Counted from the first letter of the stretch, positions 16,456 to 26,074 are shown. The stretch is 39,103 nt of DNA from Candidatus Hydrogenedentota bacterium (GCA_046583315.1 JAYGCN010000116.1:1-39103), one strand, 5' to 3'. The notes: generated from the sequence alone by a model not told the origin. Made by a program: numbers and translations.

Positions 16456-18147
16456 ATGCAAAAGACTACCCTGGCGTGCCTGGCGCTGATACTCGTGACG
16501 CTGCTCGTGTTCGGGCAGGTATACACCTTCGAGTTTATCGGTTATGACGACGCCGAACTCGTGCCTCAGAATCCGGCGTTGCAGCAGGAAACATTCAGCG
16601 CGGGTATTCGCGAGGCCTTCAAACCGTACTTCGCCAATTGGATTCCCGTCACCACGATCACCTATCTGGTCGACCACGCCTTCTACGGTTTTGACCCCGC
16701 CGGGTATCACGTCACCAACCTTATTTTTCACACGATAAATGTACTGCTCGTATTTGTGGTTTTCCGCTATCTCACCGGGCAATTTTGGTTCAGCATGGGG
16801 CTCGCGCTACTGTTCGCAATTCATCCCTCCCGTGTCGAAGCCGTGGCCTGGGTATCCGAGCGCAAAGGGCTCGTCAGCACCACCTTCATGCTCGCATCCA
16901 TTGGCACCTATGCCGCGTATGCGAAATCCTCGCGAAAGAGCTTGTACGCCGTTACGGCTGTTCTGCTCGCACTCAGCCTCATGTCCAAGTCGATGGCCGT
17001 GACCCTGCCATTTGTGTTTCTCCTGCTCGATGGCTGGCCCCTGGGTCGTCACGGCGATTGTAATTTCGGCTCGAAGGAACACCGCTCCATCTTCCTGAAA
17101 TTGTGTATCGAAAAAATCCCGTTTCTGGCTATCGTAATCGGCTCAATCGGAATGACCATGCTCTCCCAGTACGACAGCGGCTCCGTGTCCACGCTCAGCG
17201 ACGTGTCCGTGTGGATGCGCGCGACGAACACCTTCTACGGATACGGTGCCTACCTGTCGCACACCGTCTGGCCCGTCGACCTGATTCCTTTCTACCCTCA
17301 CCATGGCGACAGAATTCCGCTGTGGAAGCCCGCCATTGGTCTGATACTCGTAGTGCTCATCAGCGCAATGGTAATTGCCCAAATGACGCGCCGTCCCTAT
17401 CTTCTTGTCGGATGGTTCTGGTTTGTGGGCATGCTGATTCCTGTTATCGGCATCATCCAGGTCGGTGCACAGGCATACGCCGACCGTTATCTATACGTGC
17501 CGTTGCTGGGACTCGGCATCATGATATTCGGCATGCTTTCGGAGTGGCGCAACAGCCAACCGTCGGTGGCGAGAGGCCTATTTGTCAGTTGCGGAGTTTT
17601 GTTATCCTCGTTTGCATTCGCCGCGTGGAGTACGACGGGCTACTGGCGCGACGATATTCAACTTTTCTCCTATGTGGTCGAGGTCGATGACGAGAACATC
17701 GTCGGCCACACAATACTCGGTGACGCTTACCTCAACGCAAACCTATTTGAAGAGAGTCGGCATCATTTGGAACGTGCACTGGAGCTGGACAACGATCATC
17801 CGCCTGCGTTGTACGCCTTGGGAACGCTGTACCTGCGCCAGAGCAATCCGGCTGCGACTTCGGCCGATTCCGACGCGATGGCCGCCAACTCGGCGACGCG
17901 TGATCAGCTGGAGAACAACATCGGCGGAAGCTACATCATGCGTCAGGAATACGATCTCGCTGAACCGCATCTGCTGAAAGCACTGAAATTAAATCCTGAA
18001 AACGCGGTAGCGATGACGAATCTCGCCATCGTGCGTTTCTCGCTGGGTGATCGGGATGAAGCACTGGAGCTTGCGGAACAAGCGACCGAACTCGATCCCG
18101 ATTATACGAAAGCGCGAAGTTTTCTTGAGTACGTTCAGGCGAATTAG
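16456..18147 (+). CDS. TMTC-like GT-C membrane glycosyltransferase with C-terminal TPRs
   Basis: First-loop YDD acidic motif, GYHVTNLIFH, FAIHPSRVEAVAWVSERK, ADRYLYVP, many TM helices, C-terminal TPR helices. Confidence 0.82.
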   Translation: MQKTTLACLALILVTLLVFGQVYTFEFIGYDDAELVPQNPALQQETFSAGIREAFKPYFANWIPVTTITYLVDHAFYGFDPAGYHVTNLIFHTINVLLVFVVFRYLTGQFWFSMGLALLFAIHPSRVEAVAWVSERKGLVSTTFMLASIGTYAAYAKSSRKSLYAVTAVLLALSLMSKSMAVTLPFVFLLLDGWPLGRHGDCNFGSKEHRSIFLKLCIEKIPFLAIVIGSIGMTMLSQYDSGSVSTLSDVSVWMRATNTFYGYGAYLSHTVWPVDLIPFYPHHGDRIPLWKPAIGLILVVLISAMVIAQMTRRPYLLVGWFWFVGMLIPVIGIIQVGAQAYADRYLYVPLLGLGIMIFGMLSEWRNSQPSVARGLFVSCGVLLSSFAFAAWSTTGYWRDDIQLFSYVVEVDDENIVGHTILGDAYLNANLFEESRHHLERALELDNDHPPALYALGTLYLRQSNPAATSADSDAMAANSATRDQLENNIGGSYIMRQEYDLAEPHLLKALKLNPENAVAMTNLAIVRFSLGDRDEALELAEQATELDPDYTKARSFLEYVQAN

Positions 18148-18153
18148 TGCCGT

Positions 18154-20037
18154 TTATGCTTCATTTCTGGCGACCATATAGTAACTCACGAGGAATAGCG
18201 CAAAGGCGGTCAGCGAAAAAATTGAAGCCCAGCCCAGGTCTGGAAGCGAGTAATTCAATGCAACGGGAACCGCCAATCCGATGCCCATCAACGCCTCACC
18301 AGCAATCAACCCTGACCCGTAAAGCACACCGGGATCGCTCGCTTCGGAGCCTGGTTTTTTGCGACTGCTGACGGCGTAATAGAGTAGGCCGCCGATGAAG
18401 ATGGGAACGGACAAGGCCAGGGGTAGGTAGAACCCCACCGCGACCGGCATGATGTGCGTACGGTAGGGAGAGTTGACGCGTTCGAGAACCTTGTCGAGAA
18501 TGATGATGCCGATACCCACCGCGATGCCGATTTGGACCATATCGATCGGAAGAGCAACGTCACCAAAGAATCCCTGTGTAAGGTCTGCGAACATGGTGGC
18601 CTGTGGCGCGCGTAATCCGTCACCGATGCCATAGGAACGGTGAAGCAGTGACATGACCGGTGCGAATATAAATGCCGGGATGATGACACCGATGACTTCC
18701 ATCCATTGCTGGCGGCGCGGGGTGGCTCCAACGAGTTGGCCGGTCTTGAGATCCTGTGCGATATCGCCTGCGGTGCAGGCCGCACAACACACGACGCCCG
18801 CCACACCCAGGGTTGCGAGAATGGCCGAATCGCCCGTGATGCCTATCGCCATCAACACCCCTGCGGTCATCAGCAACGCGCAGATGGTCATGCCGGAGAC
18901 GGGAGAATTCGACGAACCGACGAGTCCGACGATGTAGGTGGCCACCGCAACGAAGAGGAAGGACGCGATAAGTGTCATGATCAAGGCCGCGATGGCAGCA
19001 CCGATCATGCCGATGAGATACTGGTACAAGGCCATCGTTCCGAGAGTGGTGATGAGAAGTAGAATGCCCAGTGTGTACAGGGGCATGTCGTTCTCGGTTC
19101 GTTTCGTGTATTCTGAATTGGATTGTATCCCGGACAGGGCAGTGAGTCCGCCCAAGATGCCGTGCCGTACATTCCAGATGGAATAGATTCCGCCGACGAG
19201 CATTGCGCCGACGCCCATATACCGAATGCCTGAATTGTAGTTGACGAAAACCATGTCCATTGCTGAGATGGATTCGCCCGCTTCATCGGTGCCGGTGTAT
19301 CCACCCATCAACGGCAACGCGATGACCCAGCCAAGTATGCCGCCGGTGATGACTTGCGCAGCGACCCGGAGTTTTACGATGTAACCAACGGACACCAGCG
19401 CAACGCTCATGTCCGAACCGATATAGTGGATGGAGGAGCCTCGCGCGATGGCTGCATCGACGGTACCCCGTATTGCGCCAATGCCGGACACGAGAAACTT
19501 GAACAGGGCGCCGAGGGCGAGGCCCATGCCGATGTATTTGATGCCGGAGCCGCCTTCTTGTCCGACGATCAAGACTTTGGAACAGGCAACACCTTCGGGA
19601 TAAGTGAGGTCTTTTCGATCGACAATCAATGCGCGACGCAGGGGCACCATGAAAATCACACCCAGCATGCCGCCCGCCATGATGATGAAGGTCGTCGGCC
19701 AGAATTTGAAGTCCTGCCAGGCACCCACGAGCACGAGCGCCGGAATTGTGAAGATGGCCCCCGCCGCGAGGCTTTCCGCAGTGGACGCGATCGTCTGTAC
19801 CATGTTGTTTTCGAGGATGGTGCCACGTTTGAATATGCCCCGGAGTATTGCCATGCTGACCACGGCTGCGGGGATGGATGCGCTGACCGTCATGCCTGCG
19901 TAAAGTCCCAGATACACGTTCGCGGCGCCAAGGATGCAGGCCAAAACGATGCCCAGCGACACCGAGAGCAGCGAAATCTCGGCGATGTCTTCTTCCGGGC
20001 CAATGTAGGGTTTCACGTCCGTGCTCGATTCGCTCAT
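18154..20037 (-). CDS. OPT-family oligopeptide transporter
   Basis: ANVYLGLYAGMTVSASIPAAV, ENNMVQTIAS, YPEGVAC, GSSNSPVSG, QDLKTGQLVGATP, SGLIAGE. Confidence 0.95.
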   Translation of the reverse strand: MSESSTDVKPYIGPEEDIAEISLLSVSLGIVLACILGAANVYLGLYAGMTVSASIPAAVVSMAILRGIFKRGTILENNMVQTIASTAESLAAGAIFTIPALVLVGAWQDFKFWPTTFIIMAGGMLGVIFMVPLRRALIVDRKDLTYPEGVACSKVLIVGQEGGSGIKYIGMGLALGALFKFLVSGIGAIRGTVDAAIARGSSIHYIGSDMSVALVSVGYIVKLRVAAQVITGGILGWVIALPLMGGYTGTDEAGESISAMDMVFVNYNSGIRYMGVGAMLVGGIYSIWNVRHGILGGLTALSGIQSNSEYTKRTENDMPLYTLGILLLITTLGTMALYQYLIGMIGAAIAALIMTLIASFLFVAVATYIVGLVGSSNSPVSGMTICALLMTAGVLMAIGITGDSAILATLGVAGVVCCAACTAGDIAQDLKTGQLVGATPRRQQWMEVIGVIIPAFIFAPVMSLLHRSYGIGDGLRAPQATMFADLTQGFFGDVALPIDMVQIGIAVGIGIIILDKVLERVNSPYRTHIMPVAVGFYLPLALSVPIFIGGLLYYAVSSRKKPGSEASDPGVLYGSGLIAGEALMGIGLAVPVALNYSLPDLGWASIFSLTAFALFLVSYYMVARNEA

Positions 20038-20153
20038 GCATGCGTCCTTTCCGGATGGGTAGATTGGGACTAAGACTAGAGTCTTCTATGTGATTGATGC
20101 AAGCCCGCCTCTTTTTGCGATGTGCAATTCAACGCGATACAATGGGCGCTTCA

Positions 20154-21884
20154 ATGTCTCGGGAGTTATTTGTGCAGAAACTGCTATCGATCAAGAGTGG
20201 AATCACGTTGGCCGTGTTCGTAGGCCTGAGCGCAGTCGCGTATTCGTTTCGGCCTGAGGGGGGTGGAGAAGAGGCGTATCTCTGGTACAGCGTGATGCCG
20301 CCGTTGCTAGCGGTGTCATTGGCGATTATTACCGGGCGTATCCTCATGAGTCTCTTTTCGGCGGTGGTGATTGGCGGATTACTGAATACCTTGCCCGGCG
20401 CGCCGCTTTCGATAAGTGCGTGGGGCACGGGCATTGATACGGGTATGAGTTTTGTCGGTACGGCCCTCGGTGATAGTTGGAATCTTCAGTTGCTGGCCTT
20501 TGTCGTGTTTGCGCTCACGATGATATCGGTTGTGGTCGTCGCGGGTGGTCTGCACGGTGTCGTGCAATGGCTCAGTCGATTCGCGACGGGTCGTCGCTCC
20601 ACCCAGTTCGTTACGTATCTGATGGGCCTGCTCATATTCATTGACGACTACGCCAACACGATGATCGTCGGCACGGCGATGCGTCCAGTTACGGATGCCA
20701 TGAAGATCAGTCGCGAGAAGCTGGCGTTCATCGTGGACTCCACCAGCGCGCCGGTTGCCGGGATCGCGTTAATCAGCACCTGGGTGGGATACGAGGTCAG
20801 CCAAATGGTCGGCGTGGCCGACACGCTGAATATTGAGTCGAACGGCTATGAATTATTGTTTGATGCCTTGCCGTATCGATTCTATTGCATCCTGATGCTC
20901 GTATTCGTGTTGTGTACGATTCTCTTCAATCGGGATTTCGGACCCATGGCGCGCGCTCAGGAACGCGCTGAGAAGGAAGGCAAGGTTGCGGCGGATGATG
21001 CCGTGCCGATGACCTCAGACACCTTTTCCCGTGCCGAGCCCAGCGACGAAGCGAAGGTGAAAGCGTTGACGGCACTGCTGCCGATTGGCACCTTGTTCGT
21101 GTTGCTTCTTGGCGGCATATGGATAGATGGCGGCGGCATGGCGAAAATGTCGGAGAGTATGTTCTCTTTGCTCAATCCCGTCACCTGGCGCGATGTGATT
21201 AGCGCCTCAGAGAACAGTGTCAAAATGCTCGCGTACGGTTCCGCCGTTTCACTGGCGATCGCGGTGGTCTGCGCACGAACATTGGCCGGAATTTCCTACC
21301 CGGCCATCCAGAACGCCGTTCGCCAGGGCGTGCAAAGCAGCATGTTGCCCGTGATGATTCTCGTGATGGCGTGGTCGCTCAAAGCCGCCTGCGACAGTCT
21401 CGGAACAGGACCGTTTCTGGTGGCGGTGGTCGGCGACTCGATTTCGCCCGCCGTATTCCCGGCGATTGTATTCGTAATTGCCGGCATGACCTCTTTCGCT
21501 ACGGGGACGAGTTATGGCACGATGGCGATCCTGATGCCGACGGCCGTGCCCATCGCCTTTGCCCTGGAGGGCGACCACTATGGCCTCATCACGATGATCA
21601 CTTTCGGGTCGATTCTGGACGGCGCGATTTTCGGGGATCATTGTTCGCCGATTTCGGATACGACGATCATGAGTTCGATTTCCAGCTCTGCGGACCACAT
21701 GCATCACGTGCGCACGCAGTTGCCCTATAGTTTGACCGTCGGTATCCTCGCGCTGACGTGCGGGTACCTACCTGCAGGATTGGGGTTGCCCAGCTGGATT
21801 GGCTTCGCCATTGGAATTGGTCTCATCGTGGGTCTTTTTGCGATACTCTCTGCACGAGGGCGCGTCCAAACCGCTGAAACATAA
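20154..21884 (+). CDS. Na+/H+ antiporter NhaC-family membrane protein
   Basis: IFIDDYANTMIVG, SREKLAFIVDSTSAP, SFATGTSYGT, GAIFGDHCSPISDTTIMSS, HVRTQLPY. Start is 20142 or 20154. Confidence 0.92.
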   Translation: MSRELFVQKLLSIKSGITLAVFVGLSAVAYSFRPEGGGEEAYLWYSVMPPLLAVSLAIITGRILMSLFSAVVIGGLLNTLPGAPLSISAWGTGIDTGMSFVGTALGDSWNLQLLAFVVFALTMISVVVVAGGLHGVVQWLSRFATGRRSTQFVTYLMGLLIFIDDYANTMIVGTAMRPVTDAMKISREKLAFIVDSTSAPVAGIALISTWVGYEVSQMVGVADTLNIESNGYELLFDALPYRFYCILMLVFVLCTILFNRDFGPMARAQERAEKEGKVAADDAVPMTSDTFSRAEPSDEAKVKALTALLPIGTLFVLLLGGIWIDGGGMAKMSESMFSLLNPVTWRDVISASENSVKMLAYGSAVSLAIAVVCARTLAGISYPAIQNAVRQGVQSSMLPVMILVMAWSLKAACDSLGTGPFLVAVVGDSISPAVFPAIVFVIAGMTSFATGTSYGTMAILMPTAVPIAFALEGDHYGLITMITFGSILDGAIFGDHCSPISDTTIMSSISSSADHMHHVRTQLPYSLTVGILALTCGYLPAGLGLPSWIGFAIGIGLIVGLFAILSARGRVQTAET

Positions 21885-21920
21885 TGAGAAATCTTGTAAA
21901 TGTAAGGAAGGAATCTGATC

Positions 21921-22565
21921 ATGCGTATATTTATGGGTGCAATGGTAGCGTTGCTGTTGGCAGGCATCGTTGGTTTTATAGGAACGCGACCGGACTCGGT
22001 CGATGCGGCCGATTCAGGCCTCGAAGCGATGACGAAACCCGAATACGATTCGCGCGGACGACTGATTCGTCCCGAGGGCTTTCGGAGGTGGATTTTTGTG
22101 GGGGCGTCGATGGGACTGTCGTATTCCGGCGAGGAACGGGCTCCTGAGAAACAGATTTTTCATCATATCTATATTCAGCCCGAAGCCTATGATCATTATG
22201 TGGAAACCGGGAAATTCCCGGAGAAAACCATGCTGGTGATGGAAAATTATTCGGCGGGCAGCAAGGAAAACAATACGGCCAAGGGCAAGGTCGAAGGAAA
22301 ACACGAATTCGGCACGCTGAATGGCCATTTTGAAGACGCGCGTGTGGGTTTGGAAGTGGCACTGAAAGATTCAGAGACCTTTGAAGACGGCTGGGCGTAT
22401 TTCAACTTCTCGAATTTCGGGGATCGCACGAAGCTGATGGAAAAGGGCAAGGCCTTCAACAAAAGCATGTGCTGGGATTGCCACAGTGAGCACGCCGCGG
22501 ATGACAACGTGTTCATTCAGTTCTACCCGGTGTTGCGTGAGCATTACGAGGCGCGGAATAAATAG
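21921..22565 (+). CDS. Cytochrome P460-fold c-type cytochrome (probably c'-beta type)
   Basis: Signal peptide; LIRPEGFRRWIFVG, IYIQPEAY..Y..TGKF, GLEVALKD, W.YF.F, C-terminal CWDCH and VFIQFYPVL. Confidence 0.88.
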   Translation: MRIFMGAMVALLLAGIVGFIGTRPDSVDAADSGLEAMTKPEYDSRGRLIRPEGFRRWIFVGASMGLSYSGEERAPEKQIFHHIYIQPEAYDHYVETGKFPEKTMLVMENYSAGSKENNTAKGKVEGKHEFGTLNGHFEDARVGLEVALKDSETFEDGWAYFNFSNFGDRTKLMEKGKAFNKSMCWDCHSEHAADDNVFIQFYPVLREHYEARNK

Positions 22566-22580
22566 CGGATAACGATTTAA

Positions 22581-23300
22581 GTGCGCTGGCACATGATTGA
22601 AGGGATGGATGGCTGTCGGTATGCCAGGGAGTATGGGCATACGGCCGTGATCGTGGATGCGTTGCGGGCGAGTTGCACTGCGGCGATGTTATTGGACGCG
22701 GGGGCTACGGAAATTACGCTGGTACCCGACGTGGACACCGCGCTGAAGTTCAAAACGGCGAATCCTGATGCCTTGCTCTTCGGTGAGCGCAACGGATTAC
22801 CGCCCGAAGGCTTCGATTACGGCAATAGTCCGCGGGAAGTCGCGGCGGCAAAGGGCAAATCGATTGGCTTCACGACTTCGAATGGCACGGCTCTCATGAT
22901 CGAAGCTTTCGGTGCGCCGGAGGTGTATATGGCTTCGGTGACCAATGGCATGGTGCTGGTGCAACAGGTCATGGCGCTTGATCGCGACGCGGTGTTGATT
23001 CTGGCGGGAAATGTATCCGATCCCGAGTTCAGCGCACAGGAAGACTGGGTAGCGGCTAGCGCGATGGTGATGCTGACGGATATTGAGGTGGGGGAAGGCA
23101 TCACGGCGTTTCGCGAATGGCGGCACATGATCAGTCTGGACGGCGTTGCGAAATTATTTGATACGGCACCCCATTCGGATGCGCTGCGGGCCATAGGATT
23201 AGGGGAGGACATCAGATTCTGTGCGCGACCCAATCTGACGACCGCGCTACCCCGCGCGGTCGGTCGTTCCGAGTTTGGCATTCAACTGACATCGGCTTGA
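22581..23300 (+). CDS. 2-phosphosulfolactate phosphatase (ComB) family protein
   Basis: VIVDALRASCT, GERNG...GFDYGNSP, TTSNGT, EDWV, DIRFC. Confidence 0.88.
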   Translation: MRWHMIEGMDGCRYAREYGHTAVIVDALRASCTAAMLLDAGATEITLVPDVDTALKFKTANPDALLFGERNGLPPEGFDYGNSPREVAAAKGKSIGFTTSNGTALMIEAFGAPEVYMASVTNGMVLVQQVMALDRDAVLILAGNVSDPEFSAQEDWVAASAMVMLTDIEVGEGITAFREWRHMISLDGVAKLFDTAPHSDALRAIGLGEDIRFCARPNLTTALPRAVGRSEFGIQLTSA

Positions 23301-23325
23301 TTCGCTCCGAAGCATCCCGTAGCAT
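23297..23325 (+). promoter_or_regulatory. Sigma70-type promoter, possibly giving a leaderless mRNA
   Basis: TTGATT (23297-23302), 17-bp spacer, TAGCAT (23320-23325), then 6 nt to ATG 23332. Confidence 0.5.
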
Positions 23326-23331
23326 GAGGCC

Positions 23332-25320
23332 ATGCGCCACGTTTACGCCATCGGGGGATTGGCCCTTCTGAATATTGTCGTCTACGCACAGACTGCGACC
23401 TTTGAGTTTGTGAGTTACGATGACTACACCTATATTCTTGAGAACCCGCAAATGGAGGGAGGGCTGAGCTGGGCGAATATCGTCTGGGGACTGACGACGG
23501 GTTATTTCGTGAACTGGCATCCGGTGACGTGGTGGACGTACTTTCTGGATTGCGAACTCTACGGCCTGAATCCCGGCGGGTATCACGTTACCAATCTGAT
23601 CATTCACATTCTGGCGACGATTGCGTTTTACTTCGCGTTTTTCCGGATGACGGGTCGCCAAATTGAGAGCGTGATGGTCGCGCTGTTCTTTGCGATTCAT
23701 CCGCAACACGTGCAATCGGTCGCCTGGGTGTCCGAACGCAAAGACGTGCTCAGCGGGCTGTTCATGGCACTGACACTTTTGGCCTACCATCGCTACACGC
23801 AGGATCGCGTATGGCGCTGGTACGGATTCACCGCGGCGATGTTCGCGCTGGGGCTTATGTCCAAGCCGATGCTGGTGACGCTACCTTGCGTGTTGCTATT
23901 GCTCGATTACTGGCCGCTCAATCGACTTCATGATCGCGCTCAGGTACGAAGGGCGGTGCTTGAGAAGTTGCCGTTTTTCGCCATGGCCATCGGTTCTTCT
24001 ATTGTAACCGCTTCGTTGCAGCACGGCGGAGGTGCTTCGTCGGCATTGGAGCGATTTGGATACAGTGACCGGCTTGTTAATACAATTTTGTCGTATGGAG
24101 CCTATCTCTACCGGACCGTGTGGCCGATGGAACTGACTTTTTTCTATCCCTTGTTTCCCGACAACCTGCCCTACGGTCGCGCGGCATTGTCGCTGGCGGT
24201 GCTGGTGGCGATAACGATTGTGGCTTGGCGACTTCGTCGTTCCGATCCGGCCATGCTCGTCGGTTGGCTGTGGTTTCTGGGAACGCTGGTGCCTGTGATT
24301 GGACTGTTGCACGTGGGGGCGCAGGCATCGGCCGATCGTTACACGTATATTCCGCTCATCGGAATTTTTATCGCGATTGTGTTCCCGTTGCATCGACGTT
24401 TTTCGCAGAAGCCGTCCGGCAAGAAAGCGTTGCTCTATAGTTATGGACTTGTCACGATAGTTTTCGCGTTGGTCTCGTACAAAGAGACTTATTTCTGGAA
24501 AGACACCGCGACCCTGGGCGGACACGGGCTTGACGTTCGCGAGGATAACTACATGGCGGCGTTTATGCTCGGCACGATGCATGAGGACGAGGGCAACGTG
24601 GATACGGCGGAGACATTTTTTCGGAAGGCGATAGCGACCTACCCGCGTTATGTGAAACCTCACTTTCGATTGGCGCACATTCTTCAGGATCGCGGCGATA
24701 TTGACGAAGCGATTGAGCATTATGAGGCCGGATTCATCGGTCGGGCCAATGATCGGCTGATCGCACATCAAAATTTGGGAATGGTCTATTTCGGTCAGGG
24801 GAATTTCGTTGAAGCGGAAGAACATTTCCAGGAAGCACTGCTTATAGAAGCGAATGAGCCCGTGGCTACTGTTGGACTCGCGCAGGTGTCGATGGAAGCC
24901 GGGAAAGTCGATGAGGCCAGGGCGTTGCTGCTGGAGTGCATCGTCCTTCATCCCGATACGGCAGACGCGTATTACAATTTGGGGCGTATTGCTGCGGGTG
25001 CCGATCAATTGGATGAAGCGCGCGGGTATTACGAGACCGCTCTCAAGTTGGACGATACCCGACCGGAGACCTGCGTGAATCTGGGAAACATTCTGGCGTG
25101 GGCAGGTGAGTACGATGCGGCACTGGAGTTGTACGACCGGGCGATTCTGTTGAGGCCGGAATACCCCCAGGCCTACGTGAACAAGGCCAGTGCCTATTAT
25201 ATACAGGGGGACATGGTACAAGCGTTGGCCGTTGTGGAGCGGTGTTTGATTTTCGCGCCGGGATACGAACCGGCCAATCGGCTTCACGATGCCATCCAAA
25301 GTGAAGGTCAGCCCCAATAA
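23332..25320 (+). CDS. Second TMTC-like GT-C membrane glycosyltransferase with multiple TPRs
   Basis: FVSYDDYTYI, NWHPVTW, GYHVTNLIIH, FAIHPQHVQSVAWVSERKD, SKPMLVTLP, ADRYTYIP, about 7 TPR-like units. Clear paralog of 16456-18147. Confidence 0.85.
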   Translation: MRHVYAIGGLALLNIVVYAQTATFEFVSYDDYTYILENPQMEGGLSWANIVWGLTTGYFVNWHPVTWWTYFLDCELYGLNPGGYHVTNLIIHILATIAFYFAFFRMTGRQIESVMVALFFAIHPQHVQSVAWVSERKDVLSGLFMALTLLAYHRYTQDRVWRWYGFTAAMFALGLMSKPMLVTLPCVLLLLDYWPLNRLHDRAQVRRAVLEKLPFFAMAIGSSIVTASLQHGGGASSALERFGYSDRLVNTILSYGAYLYRTVWPMELTFFYPLFPDNLPYGRAALSLAVLVAITIVAWRLRRSDPAMLVGWLWFLGTLVPVIGLLHVGAQASADRYTYIPLIGIFIAIVFPLHRRFSQKPSGKKALLYSYGLVTIVFALVSYKETYFWKDTATLGGHGLDVREDNYMAAFMLGTMHEDEGNVDTAETFFRKAIATYPRYVKPHFRLAHILQDRGDIDEAIEHYEAGFIGRANDRLIAHQNLGMVYFGQGNFVEAEEHFQEALLIEANEPVATVGLAQVSMEAGKVDEARALLLECIVLHPDTADAYYNLGRIAAGADQLDEARGYYETALKLDDTRPETCVNLGNILAWAGEYDAALELYDRAILLRPEYPQAYVNKASAYYIQGDMVQALAVVERCLIFAPGYEPANRLHDAIQSEGQPQ

Positions 25321-25346
25321 GTGACAAAAATTGTCACTTATTGGGG
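25312..25346. repeat. Perfect 16-bp inverted repeat (terminator and/or enhancer site upstream of the pilin promoter)
   Basis: ccccaataagtgacaa, aaa, ttgtcacttattgggg. Confidence 0.8.
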
Positions 25347-25444
25347 GAGTTCTCACGAATATTGTCCATTTTATGATTGTTTGTCAATTGAACAATACAA
25401 AGTAAGTCGTTATATTGTAACTACTTAAGTGTACTATAGCGTAT

Positions 25445-25460
25445 TGGCACGGACATTGCT
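25445..25460 (+). promoter_or_regulatory. Sigma54 (-24/-12) promoter of the major pilin gene
   Basis: TGGCACG-gaca-TTGCT is an exact match to TGGCACG-N4-TTGCW, about 90 nt upstream of the pilin ATG. Confidence 0.88.
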
Positions 25461-25548
25461 GATAAGTGGAGAACTGAAGAAAGGACATGGTCCAGAGGGC
25501 CTTGGACCTTTAAAACGTCTTAGTGACAACAATTTGGAGGTATTAACT

Positions 25549-26016
25549 ATGAAAAAATCAGGGTTTACACTCATCGAGCTCATGATTGTGGTAGCCATCA
25601 TTGCTATCATCGCGGCAATCGCCATTCCCAACCTGCTCCGTTCGCGCATGGCCGCTAACGAAGCGAGTGCCATCGGTTCATTGCGGACCATTTCGTCGGC
25701 TGAAATTCAGTTTCAGGCCGCGAACATCCATGCTCCCACAGGTGTAGGTAACTTCGGTACGCTTGCTCAGCTGGGTGCAGAAAACCCTCCCTTCCTTGAT
25801 GCTGTATTGGGACAAGCCGCCGCTGCAAAAGCAGGTTATGACTTCGTTGTCGCCGACATTGATGCGGCTGCTGGAGTAGCACCATCATTTACTGCGGAAG
25901 GTAGTCGACAGGGTGCTAACTCCGGTTCGCGTTCTTTCTTTGTGGATGAATCGGGTCTTGTGACATGGGTTCTCGGAGACGGTCCGGCAGCTTCTTCGGA
26001 CACACCACTTAATTAG
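25549..26016 (+). CDS. Type IV pilin, probable major pilin
   Basis: MKKSG|FTLIELMIVVAIIAIIAAIAIP class III signal with E5; SD GGAGG; own sigma54 promoter and terminator. Confidence 0.93.
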   Translation: MKKSGFTLIELMIVVAIIAIIAAIAIPNLLRSRMAANEASAIGSLRTISSAEIQFQAANIHAPTGVGNFGTLAQLGAENPPFLDAVLGQAAAAKAGYDFVVADIDAAAGVAPSFTAEGSRQGANSGSRSFFVDESGLVTWVLGDGPAASSDTPLN

Positions 26017-26026
26017 ACAATTTGGT

Positions 26027-26070
26027 AATGGTTCATGCGACTTGGGTTTCGGTCGCATGAACCATTTTTT
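26027..26070 (+). terminator. Strong intrinsic terminator after the first pilin
   Basis: aatggttcatgcgac (26027-26041) pairs perfectly with gtcgcatgaaccatt (26052-26066), followed by a T-run. Confidence 0.88.
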
Positions 26071-26074
26071 CATT

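Noticed and set aside
15488..20153. oriC in the intergenic gaps near the skew switch
   Set aside because: No DnaA-box cluster or AT-rich unwinding element is visible, and the gaps are short.
22581..23300. Coenzyme M biosynthesis implied by the ComB-like gene
   Set aside because: No other com genes are in the window, and stand-alone ComB-family phosphatases are common in bacteria.
23896..25356. 486-aa antisense ORF
   Set aside because: It lies opposite the TMTC-like gene and has no recognisable motifs, so it is a typical shadow ORF.
25429..25548. N-terminal extensions of pilin 1 and other ORF-track starts (dapA 1855, hup 11293, rpsL 35630)
   Set aside because: They overlap promoters or leaders. 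The downstream starts have SD sequences and match the family N-termini.
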